Assembly (NCBI GenBank): GCA_965216135.1
Contig: CBDCFL010000021.1
Location: forward strand, 232,492 to 296,491
Direction of reading: 5' to 3'
Length of the DNA stretch: 64,000 nucleotides
Origin: Paracoccaceae bacterium
Lineage (GTDB): Bacteria; Pseudomonadota; Alphaproteobacteria; Rhodobacterales; Rhodobacteraceae
Shown: in pieces, positions 44,669-52,073 of the stretch
Position numbering within the stretch: position 1 is the stretch's first letter
Layout of the letters: each line of letters opens with the position of its first letter
Notes under the pieces: generated by a model
Told to the model about the DNA's origin: nothing
The model's input: the letters and a program-made list of their open reading frames with translations, nothing else
Database searches by the model: none
Translations under genes and position numbers: made by a program

Positions 44669-44833
44669 GGTTTGTTCTACGACGCAGATCTCACGGATCG
44701 CGTCAATACGCGCCATCCCTTGCCCAACCAGAACCTCAACCTGGCGCAGCTTGGTAACAATCTCTTCGGGTTTGTGCCTTTTGATTCCCATCTTTGATCC
44801 TCCATTTCCTAACTATAGGGGCGGACCAATTCA
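44669..44833 (-). mobile_element. Left end and first ~41 codons of a second IS3-family element
   Basis: Minus-strand IR TGAATTGGTCCGCCCC..., then MGIKRHKPEEIVTKLRQVEVLVGQGMARIDAIREICVVEQT, cut by IS1595. Confidence 0.7.
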
Positions 44834-44844
44834 TTGGGGGAGGA

Positions 44845-45054
44845 TCACGCGTCGACAGCGTGCTCGTCTATGTCAAAACACCATGATACTTTGTTGCCGT
44901 CTCGGTCCAGATATTCTGGCCAGGTGACAACGAACTCCGCATTACGCTGTTCCAGCTTTGCCAGACGCGCCTCGGAGCGCGGGATAGGCGGCGCGCGGCA
45001 GTCTGCTCGCTGATCTCCGCCGAGTCCGAGTTCTTCGTCCTGACAAGCGTCCAC
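44845..45054 (-). CDS. Small hypothetical protein (69 codons, GTG start), last gene of the cargo operon
   Basis: ORF on the operon strand with a protein-like C-terminal half (EARLAKLEQRNAEFVVTWPEYLDRDGNKVSWCFDIDEH). A competing frame (44868-45086) starts at an ATG overlapping the upstream stop. I cannot decide between them by eye. Confidence 0.3.
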   Translation of the reverse strand: MDACQDEELGLGGDQRADCRAPPIPRSEARLAKLEQRNAEFVVTWPEYLDRDGNKVSWCFDIDEHAVDA

Positions 45055-45085
45055 GAAACCGGGTGCCGGTCGGAAGAATCAGTCA

Positions 45086-46102
45086 TCAACCATAGTGATC
45101 TTCTTCTTCATCGACCGTAAGTTCGGCTCGGGTCGTGACGTCGCCGGCCACATCGATGGTGTTTTGATAAGCAACGTATGTGAACCCAGAAACGTGGAGC
45201 TTGTACGTGCCTTTGGTCACCTTGACCTTGGCCACCCCATTCTCGTCGGTGAGAGCCCTGTACGGATGCAGAAGGACGTGCACGCCCTTGATCGGGGTGT
45301 GCTTTTGGGCGTCGAACGCCTCGACCGTCACTTCGTAGTCCGGGGCGCCGACCACCTTGACCCCGAAGGGGAACGCGCCGGCAGCGTGCGGGAACTCCGA
45401 GTCCGACTGGGCCTCCCAGGCACCGGACTTCAGCTCCCACTTGTAGTCGCCGACGGCACCGGGAGCCTCCACTTCCACCTCGGCGTAGTACAGCGCCGTC
45501 GTGCCCGGCCACGGCTCGTCGACGAGGGTCGTGGTGGCGACCTCGGCACCCTCGTGGTCGACGACGGTCAGCGCCTTGCCGGCGAGCTTGCAGCCCTGGG
45601 AGCATTTCAAGCCGACCTTCAGCTTGAAGCGCTCGCCGGCGACGATCGCCGACGCCATGCCCCAGACGTTCAAGCGCGCGGCGTGGGCGTTGACCGTGAA
45701 GGAGAACTTGGCGGCGGTCTCCTCGTGCGAGACGCCGTTCTTTTCAACCGCTGGCAGCACCGCCCGATAGGTGTGCTCGCCCGGCTTGCCCGGCACCTTC
45801 ACGACGATGTCGGTGGCGTAGTCGTACTCCTCGTGCGCGTCTTCGTCGTCATCGTCGTCATCGTCGGCCTCGTCGTGCCGGTCCTCGTCCTCCTCGGCGT
45901 CCTCCGGTTCTGCCAGCTCGGCGGTCGCGACCTCGTTGTCGTACTCGTCCCGGATCGAGACGCTTTGCCCCGTCAGGTCGTCGCCGAACGGGCAGGCGAC
46001 CCAGACCGTCAGGGTGAGCTCGGCACCGGCATCGACCTCGCCGGGCGAGACATCGACCGTGCACTTGCGCTGACCGTGCGCCGCGACTTCGTCTGCTGCC
46101 AT
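45086..46102 (-). CDS. Hypothetical acidic multi-domain protein (Ig-like repeats, 30-residue D/E run, C-terminal CarboxypepD_reg-like beta-sandwich)
   Basis: GGAGGA lies 9 nt upstream of the ATG at 46102. The ORF-track GTG at 46111 is too close to the SD. No signal peptide. The C-terminus YEVTVEAFDAQKHTPIKGVHVLL...DENGVAKVKVTKGTYKLHVSGFTY resembles carboxypeptidase-regulatory-like folds. Confidence 0.75.
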   Translation of the reverse strand: MAADEVAAHGQRKCTVDVSPGEVDAGAELTLTVWVACPFGDDLTGQSVSIRDEYDNEVATAELAEPEDAEEDEDRHDEADDDDDDDEDAHEEYDYATDIVVKVPGKPGEHTYRAVLPAVEKNGVSHEETAAKFSFTVNAHAARLNVWGMASAIVAGERFKLKVGLKCSQGCKLAGKALTVVDHEGAEVATTTLVDEPWPGTTALYYAEVEVEAPGAVGDYKWELKSGAWEAQSDSEFPHAAGAFPFGVKVVGAPDYEVTVEAFDAQKHTPIKGVHVLLHPYRALTDENGVAKVKVTKGTYKLHVSGFTYVAYQNTIDVAGDVTTRAELTVDEEEDHYG

Positions 46103-46270
46103 GTTGTTCACTCCTCCGAAACTCCGAACGCGAGATTATGCGCCACCGGCCCGCCGAAAAAGGGGTGACAGAGCGCCAACCGAGGCCTGACGCGGCCCGG
46201 CTGGGGCGCTGCCCTCGGGACATCGGAACGCCCGGGCTAGGTGACCCGGGCGTTCCGCTTCTCGGTGGGC

Positions 46271-46302
46271 AATACCGGGGGGGGGCCGGCCCCCCCGGTA
46301 TT
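46271..46302. repeat. G/C-homopolymer palindrome AATACC-G9-CCGG-C7-GGTATT
   Basis: Read directly from the sequence. It lies in the 227-nt spacer between the flavoprotein stop (46330) and the next gene's start (46102). Confidence 0.9.
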
Positions 46303-46329
46303 CTCGGTCGGTTTCTTAGGCCCGCCCGT

Positions 46330-48402
46330 TCACACCGCGTTGGTGCCGGCCATGTAGCCGTGGACGGCCGCGCGCCCAATGCCGTGCATCATGCCACCTC
46401 CACTTGCCTCGCCACCTGCATAGAGGCCCGGGACGACCTGGCCTTCGGTGTCCACGACCTGGGCCTTGCCGTTGATCCTGAGGCCCCCATAGGAATCGCC
46501 AACGTACATCGGCGCTATAAGCGCGTAGAAGGGCGGCGTGTCGATCCTGTGCATGACCGGCTTCTCGAAGTCGTCGTCCATGCCCGCGTCGGCAAACCCG
46601 TTGAACTTGGCCACCGTTTCTTCAAGATACTTGAGAGGCATAGTCTGATATGGGTTCCCAGTGGCTAGTCTAGCCAGTTCGGCCAGCGTATCGGCCTGGA
46701 AGAAATATCCGTCGGGCGGATCGGCGATATAGGGATACCGCAACTCCCACCCTCCCCGCTCCACCGCGGCCGCGTCGAAGATCGCCCACACCGGTCCCGA
46801 CGAGTAGGTTGGTGCCCGCGAACCCTCGTTCATCGCCAAGGCCGCATCCGAAGCAGAGGTCCTCGAATAAGCCGCCTTGATGTGCTCGACACTCGCGTTG
46901 CGCCAATCCAGCGGGACCCACGGGTCGCGGGTGTTGGATTGCCCCCCCCCCCCGGGGCCGGAATACCTGGCAGCGGTGGTACCATCATCTGGAATAGCCA
47001 TCTCGTTGTAGAACCTCTGCCCGACCTGGTTGACCGTGATCACATTTTCCCATCCGCTGTTGCCGATACTGACACCCCAGGACCGTCCGAACAGGAATCC
47101 GGGGTGTCCGGGGAAGATCTGCGTCGTCGCCTGGGTCGCCAGTATGTTTCTTATTCCGGGAGTAGCGTCGTAAAAGTAGTTATGCATCATGCCGGCGAGG
47201 TTCGCGCCGATTCTCATGCCGGCGATGATCCCGCTGCCGTCCATGCTGAGAGGTCCGACATCGTTGTTACCCGAATACCCGATCGACGGCTCTGTCATTC
47301 GCGGATCGAACATCGTGCGGAGTTGCACATTGCCGTGCATGCCGCCGGTGCCGATGATGACGGCCCGTCTTGCCCGGATGTAGATCGTGTCGGCGCGCTC
47401 GTCGACATTGCCGTTCTGCCAGAAGCTTTCCAGACGCTCGCCGGTCTCGGGGTTGAACCGCGGCGTGTAGCTCGCCCGGACGCCCACAACCCTGCCGGAC
47501 AAAGGCTGCTCGCGGATGATCTCGTCCAGATGCCGGTTGACCATGAACTGGACGCCCTTCTCGCGGGCGCTGAACTCGAGCGGCCGGGCGATCGTGAAGC
47601 CGCCGAAAACCCATCCGGGGGCACCTACCTCTTCCGCCGGGTTGCCGGGGATCCTACGCATCGGATTGAACGGCGAGTGGCGCTCGGCAGCGGGGTCGCC
47701 CCGGTCCTCCGGCGACAGGGTTCCGGCCCTGATGTCGGTGACGTCGGCGAGCTTCATGATGGCGCGCGCGGACCGGCCGCGGCTCATGCCGCCGCCGCTA
47801 TGGGTGCCATTGATTCGCGCATACCGGACATAGTTGTCCATCGTGAATTGCCTGGTTGCGGCGGCGTTATCCGCCCAGCCACGATGCAGTCCTCGGTCAT
47901 TGTGTCGGTAGTAAGGGGTACCCGCATTGGTTACGACCGACCAGTCGGTCATGTCTTGGAAGAGCCGGTCGGGGTCATCTTCCAGGTCTTCGGGCGGGAC
48001 CAGCGGTTCGGTCAGCCCCATGCCGTCGGGGTCGGCGGCCATGCGGTCGCGTTCCTGGATGGCGTCCCCGCCGCCGTAGGACGACCAGCCGCCGCTGTGC
48101 AAGAGCTTCCCGCCGACGTCGAAGTTCGCGTCGATCACAAGCACTGAGGCTCCGAGATCGCGTGCCCTGATAGCGGCAGGCAGCCCCGTACACCCCGACC
48201 CACAGACAACAATATCCACTTCGTAGTCCCAGCGAATGTCAGCAACGGTCGACTGCGCCTGGGCCTTGCCCGGCGCCGACAGGACGGCCGCCCCGGCACC
48301 AGCGGCAGCTCCTGCCTTGACGAAATCTCGCCTACTGAGGGCTGCTGGGGTGCCTTCGTCCTGAGGCGCTCGTCTTTTCCGGCTCTTGTGCTTCTTCGTC
48401 AT
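46330..48402 (-). CDS. Tat-exported FAD-dependent oxidoreductase (FAD_binding_2 / fumarate-reductase-KstD-like flavoprotein)
   Basis: Twin-arginine signal SRRDFVKAGAAAGAGAAVL...AQA. Dinucleotide fold DIVVCGSGCTGLPAAIRARDLGASVLVID. C-terminal VPGLYAGGEASGG. Strong SD GGAGGA. Confidence 0.9.
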   Translation of the reverse strand: MTKKHKSRKRRAPQDEGTPAALSRRDFVKAGAAAGAGAAVLSAPGKAQAQSTVADIRWDYEVDIVVCGSGCTGLPAAIRARDLGASVLVIDANFDVGGKLLHSGGWSSYGGGDAIQERDRMAADPDGMGLTEPLVPPEDLEDDPDRLFQDMTDWSVVTNAGTPYYRHNDRGLHRGWADNAAATRQFTMDNYVRYARINGTHSGGGMSRGRSARAIMKLADVTDIRAGTLSPEDRGDPAAERHSPFNPMRRIPGNPAEEVGAPGWVFGGFTIARPLEFSAREKGVQFMVNRHLDEIIREQPLSGRVVGVRASYTPRFNPETGERLESFWQNGNVDERADTIYIRARRAVIIGTGGMHGNVQLRTMFDPRMTEPSIGYSGNNDVGPLSMDGSGIIAGMRIGANLAGMMHNYFYDATPGIRNILATQATTQIFPGHPGFLFGRSWGVSIGNSGWENVITVNQVGQRFYNEMAIPDDGTTAARYSGPGGGGQSNTRDPWVPLDWRNASVEHIKAAYSRTSASDAALAMNEGSRAPTYSSGPVWAIFDAAAVERGGWELRYPYIADPPDGYFFQADTLAELARLATGNPYQTMPLKYLEETVAKFNGFADAGMDDDFEKPVMHRIDTPPFYALIAPMYVGDSYGGLRINGKAQVVDTEGQVVPGLYAGGEASGGGMMHGIGRAAVHGYMAGTNAV
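46942..46953 (-). repeat. G12 (coding-strand) homopolymer inside the flavoprotein gene
   Basis: Twelve consecutive C on the plus strand, encoding GGGG in ...YSGPGGGGQSN.... Confidence 0.95.
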
Positions 48403-48945
48403 GTCCGTTCCTCCGTAGTATCTCCGCCGTTAAGTGTTGCTGGCCGATGAACGGGTACTTGGCAACGAATCCCGAACCGGCTTCCGGTTCAGAGAGACCT
48501 TCGCGACCGCTGGCCAACGTGGCTCGCACGGAAACGGCATCACCGTGCCAACCGATTCTGTAAGTCTTTTAGCGGGTTACTCTCAGTTTTACCGCTGATA
48601 GAAACCGCAGGTCTTCAGGTTAACATGTGATTTAATATTCCGCAAGTGTCGGTAACAGACAATCGCGCTCCAATCTGCGCGGGCACCTTGGACGGTCCCC
48701 GGTAGTCTAACCGGCCGCCGGATCGTGCGAGCGGAAACATATCGGACCGCCACCCAAGTCCGCTCCCCGGGAAGCGAGCGCAAGACCACCGATGTCAGCC
48801 GTTTTCCGAATCGCGAGAGCTGAAGCGCAGAAAAAGCGTACCTGTCAGTGAGATCCGCGGGGCACCTTTCCCGGCCGCCATCCCCGCGCGCGAATTGGCG
48901 CCCGGTTTTGGCGCGTGGGAAGGCGGTCTGCCATGACCGGCGCGG

Positions 48946-49413
48946 CTAGTTCTGGACGATCTCCCCCAGCAAATAGTCGACCAGAGCCTCGATCTCGTCG
49001 GCGTCAAATGCTCCGGACACTACCGTCCCTGCCGGCGCCGGGCCGAGCTCGAGCTCGTAGCAGGCGGTCTCTGTGTAGGCCCCGGCAAGCCATGCCGGCA
49101 TTGGCGTCTCTGGCCGCCCGCAGCTGATCAATTCTATCAGTTGGTCGCGGTCCAATTCGGTTGACCGTACACTCGGGCCGGTCGCCTGCTCGCTACCGGC
49201 ACCGCCGTGGCCGCCGTGTCCCGAACGGCCATGGCAACCGGCGCATCCTCCCCCATGCCAAAACTGTTTGCCCACTTCCGCCGCATCCTGCGCGAACGCC
49301 GGCGCAGGCATGGCCAGGAAGGCGACGACCGCCAGCCCTACTATCCCCGCGCGTCGGGTCTTATGCGATGTACCTTGCCGATTTCGTCCGATTTCGTTCG
49401 TTTCCGAGTTCAT
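48946..49413 (-). CDS. Class I c-type cytochrome, secreted
   Basis: Sec signal ...AMPAPAFAQD, heme motif CAGCH and a distal PMPAW Met. Start taken at ATG 49413. Confidence 0.85.
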   Translation of the reverse strand: MNSETNEIGRNRQGTSHKTRRAGIVGLAVVAFLAMPAPAFAQDAAEVGKQFWHGGGCAGCHGRSGHGGHGGAGSEQATGPSVRSTELDRDQLIELISCGRPETPMPAWLAGAYTETACYELELGPAPAGTVVSGAFDADEIEALVDYLLGEIVQN

Positions 49414-49558
49414 ATCAAACAACCCTTTTCAAACCACCCTTTTTGGCGAAAGACCGAGGGGCCGGCGAGAGGCGAAACCAGCCACAATCGCCCCTTCTGT
49501 ATCAGAAGCGGCATGAGACAGCCATGAAAATCACGAGGAAGAAATGCGAAATCCGTTA

Positions 49559-50720
49559 TACCAACGGCATCAATTTCTGACTCTGTGGGGATTCCCAAAT
49601 CGGTTTTGATCTGATTCAAGGTTGGCAAAGGAGGATCGCCATGCCAGCCAGTGTTCCGCTTCGTCGCGACTTTGATGCCCGCCACCTTCGTAAACTCGCC
49701 AGCCGTTGCAAGGATGCCCGGCAGAGCCGCCGTCTGTTGTCTCTTGCGGCGGTCTACGATGGCATGCGCCGTGGAGAGGCCGCAAGGATCGGTGGGATGG
49801 ATCGCCAAACCCTGCGGGACTGGGTTCACCGGTTCAACGAAGAGGGACCGGATGGCCTCACCAACCGCAAGGGCGCGGGCCGGACGCGCTACCTGAGCGA
49901 TGTCCAGATGAAAGAACTTGGCGAGATTGTCGAGACCGGCCCCGATCCGGCGGTGGACGGGGTTGTCCGCTGGCGGCGGATCGACCTGAAGCGGGTGATC
50001 GAGGCGCGCTTTGGCGTCATCTATTCCGAGCGCGGGATATCCAGACTGCTTGGCGAACTGGGCTTTGCCCATATCAGCGCCCGCCCGCAGCATCCCAGGC
50101 AGGATAAGCGGATCATCGAGGCGTTTAAAAAAAACTTCGCCGACACGCTCCAGGTGCATATAGCTGACCTGCCAGCGGGAACGCCGGTGGAGATCTGGTT
50201 CCAGGACGAAGCACGCCTTGGCCAGAAGAATGGCCTGACGCGCCTGTGGGCGAGAAAGGGCACGCGCCCCCGCCAGCCGGCCGATCAGCGCTATCACAAC
50301 GCCTATCTGTTCGGCGCCATCTGTCCGGCTCACGGCAAGGGGGCGGCGCTCATGCTGCCTTGGGCGGACGCGCAAGCCATGCAGATGCATCTCGACGAGA
50401 TCAGCCGCCACGTCGCCCGAAAGGCCCATGCGGTTGTGCTGATGGATCGGGCCGGATGGCACACCACCGGCAAACTCAAAGTCCCGAAGAACCTCACCAT
50501 CATCCTGCTGCCATCGCGCGCTCCGGAACTGAACCCGGTGGAAAATATCTGGCAGTACTTGCGCGCCAATTGGCTCTCCAACCGCGTGTTCGAAGACTAC
50601 AATGCCATCGTCGATGCTGGATGCGAAGCTTGGAACAAGCTCATCGCACAGCCCGAAACCATCACATCAATCGGAATGCGAAAATGGGCCCATATCGGTC
50701 AATGTTAAATGCCGCTGGTA
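49559..50720 (+). mobile_element. IS630-family element, subtype 2, copy A (1162 bp)
   Basis: IRs are TACCAACGGCATCAATTTCTGAC and, reverse-complemented, TACCAGCGGCATTTAACATTGAC. Same length as copy B, and the encoded transposases are identical. Confidence 0.93.
49641..50708 (+). CDS. IS630-family transposase (355 aa, intact)
   Basis: HTH half, then EIWFQDEARLGQ...MDRAGWH...ELNPVENIW DDE half in a single frame (A8 run). Confidence 0.93.
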   Translation: MPASVPLRRDFDARHLRKLASRCKDARQSRRLLSLAAVYDGMRRGEAARIGGMDRQTLRDWVHRFNEEGPDGLTNRKGAGRTRYLSDVQMKELGEIVETGPDPAVDGVVRWRRIDLKRVIEARFGVIYSERGISRLLGELGFAHISARPQHPRQDKRIIEAFKKNFADTLQVHIADLPAGTPVEIWFQDEARLGQKNGLTRLWARKGTRPRQPADQRYHNAYLFGAICPAHGKGAALMLPWADAQAMQMHLDEISRHVARKAHAVVLMDRAGWHTTGKLKVPKNLTIILLPSRAPELNPVENIWQYLRANWLSNRVFEDYNAIVDAGCEAWNKLIAQPETITSIGMRKWAHIGQC

Positions 50721-50999
50721 TTACCCAAGATCAGCAGCCTGCCGGGCTCGGTGCACATCGAGTGGAAGCGATGCGGGCGGTCCAACTGCCGCTGCCGAGC
50801 TTGAAGGCTTCATGGGCCCGACTACGCGCGCCACTGGCGTGAGGGAGGGCGGCAGAAGAAAGCCTATGTTCCGTCTGGCGATGTGCACGCCATTATACTG
50901 GTTGTCGAACTGAGGCGCGCGCTCGTTCCGGCGTGTTCCGAGATGAGAAGGCGCGTCGAGGGCTCCCTTTCCGGACAACCTCTGAGGGTCGAACGATGA
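50721..50999 (+). pseudogene. 5'-truncated small Cys-rich gene with in-frame TGA (DUF6788-like; family name from memory, unverified)
   Basis: ...SLPGSVHIEWKRCGRSNCRCRA*RLHGPDYARHWREGGRQKKAYVPSGDV.... Begins at the IS630 boundary. TGA at 50802-50804. Its final TGA overlaps the next ATG. Confidence 0.45.
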
Positions 51000-51646
51000 G
51001 CACTGCAGACAAAGCACGGGGCGCCATCGCCGAGGGATCGGTTGGAGACCATCCGCCGCCCGCGCCTTCACCTGATGAGGCTCAGCGCCGTGCCGACGAG
51101 CACGAGCGTCGGGTCCGTGACGAGATGGAGAGCCAATTTGCGCGGCTGAAGGATGAAGGCAAGGCACTGTTTGGCATGGTCGAGGGACGCCCCGGTGTGA
51201 AATCGCCACCCGAGTGGGCCAAGCGTCTCGACCAGGCCGGCGACGACATCGGCAACGGTCGCTTCGTCGTCCGTTATCTCGGCACCGAACGGTACCTCGA
51301 CGCGGAAACCGTGACGGTGCTGGTCACTCTGCGTCAGAACCTGATCGCCGAGTTGCCTCGACCGTCGACCGCCGACCTGATGATGATCGATGCGGCGATC
51401 GTCGCCTATTACAACTTCCTCCGCGTCCAGGGCTGGATCGGCAACTCGGCCCTTGTCTTCGAAGGTGAATTGTTCGGTCAGAAGCCCCTCAGCGAGATCC
51501 ACGGCGACATGGTGGGCAGCCGATTGAGGGAGCAATTGGAGCGTCTCAGCGAGGTCATCCTGCCGCTTCAGGACCGCTGCCACCGGATGATGGTGCGCAG
51601 CCTGGGACAATTGGCGAGGACGGGCGAACGGAGGCCAGCTGCATGA
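50996..51646 (+). CDS. Hypothetical protein (216 aa)
   Basis: ATGA-coupled to the preceding remnant, with a GAGGG SD-like sequence. No motif recognised. Confidence 0.5.
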   Translation: MSTADKARGAIAEGSVGDHPPPAPSPDEAQRRADEHERRVRDEMESQFARLKDEGKALFGMVEGRPGVKSPPEWAKRLDQAGDDIGNGRFVVRYLGTERYLDAETVTVLVTLRQNLIAELPRPSTADLMMIDAAIVAYYNFLRVQGWIGNSALVFEGELFGQKPLSEIHGDMVGSRLREQLERLSEVILPLQDRCHRMMVRSLGQLARTGERRPAA

Positions 51647-51787
51647 AGCGAGGCACCGGGCCTGGGGGACGTGGGTGCGGCGAGAGTCACTGACGACCGT
51701 CGGCTGGATATCCAACCCGGGGCGCAAACCGTTGTCGGTCACGTGGTTTTGACAGAGTAGCGCCAACCAAAAGAAAGGAGCGTACCC

Positions 51788-51988
51788 ATGAACCGGATCT
51801 ACGCGGCTGCATGTAGCCTCGACAACGAGGTCATTCGACTCGTTTATGTTGCCGAAGACCAGCCGGATTGGGCGCGCAAGGAGCGCCAGGAACTCGAACG
51901 GGAGTTCCGTCGGAACCCACCCGTGCTTTGGCGGTGGGTTCAACCGATCGCCGCAACACACTCTGCGAACATCTCTGCTGGCGTTTGA
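51788..51988 (+). CDS. Hypothetical small protein (66 aa)
   Basis: Good SD (AAAGGAG 7 nt upstream). The 3' end overlaps the IS30 fragment, so it may be truncated or chimeric. Confidence 0.3.
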   Translation: MNRIYAAACSLDNEVIRLVYVAEDQPDWARKERQELEREFRRNPPVLWRWVQPIAATHSANISAGV

Positions 51989-52073
51989 TATTGCAAGGTC
52001 TTGCGTGGCCGCTCGTTCAGCTGACGTGCAATGGCGCTCAGCTTTGCCTGGGAGTGGAGAGCTAAGTCCGTTC
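51939..52073 (-). mobile_element. IS30-family transposase, C-terminal 44 codons only
   Basis: The minus strand reads [44 protein letters not shown], cut by IS1595 copy 2. Confidence 0.75.

Noticed and set aside
41405-44680. Target-site duplications for the two IS1595 copies, and an inversion model linking their flanks.
   Set aside because: The flanks (…GTACAAATC | …| GGTTTGTTC for copy 1; …AGTCCGTTC | …| GGTACAAAC for copy 2) share only an ACAAA-like core in mixed orientations. That is too short to distinguish target preference from exchanged TSDs.
44868-45086. Alternative 72-codon ORF overlapping the stop of the acidic protein (TGATGA).
   Set aside because: Not truly rejected. Its translation is Ser/Arg-rich, like an off-frame read of the 44845-45054 ORF. 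I listed the latter as the feature and cannot resolve the choice without codon statistics or homologues.
48403-48945. Possible riboswitch in the long leader of the flavoprotein gene.
   Set aside because: I looked for TPP, FMN and cobalamin core motifs on the gene strand. Only a partial CTGAGA...ACCC resemblance to the TPP element is present, without the rest of the consensus. I kept the region only as an unexplained spacer.
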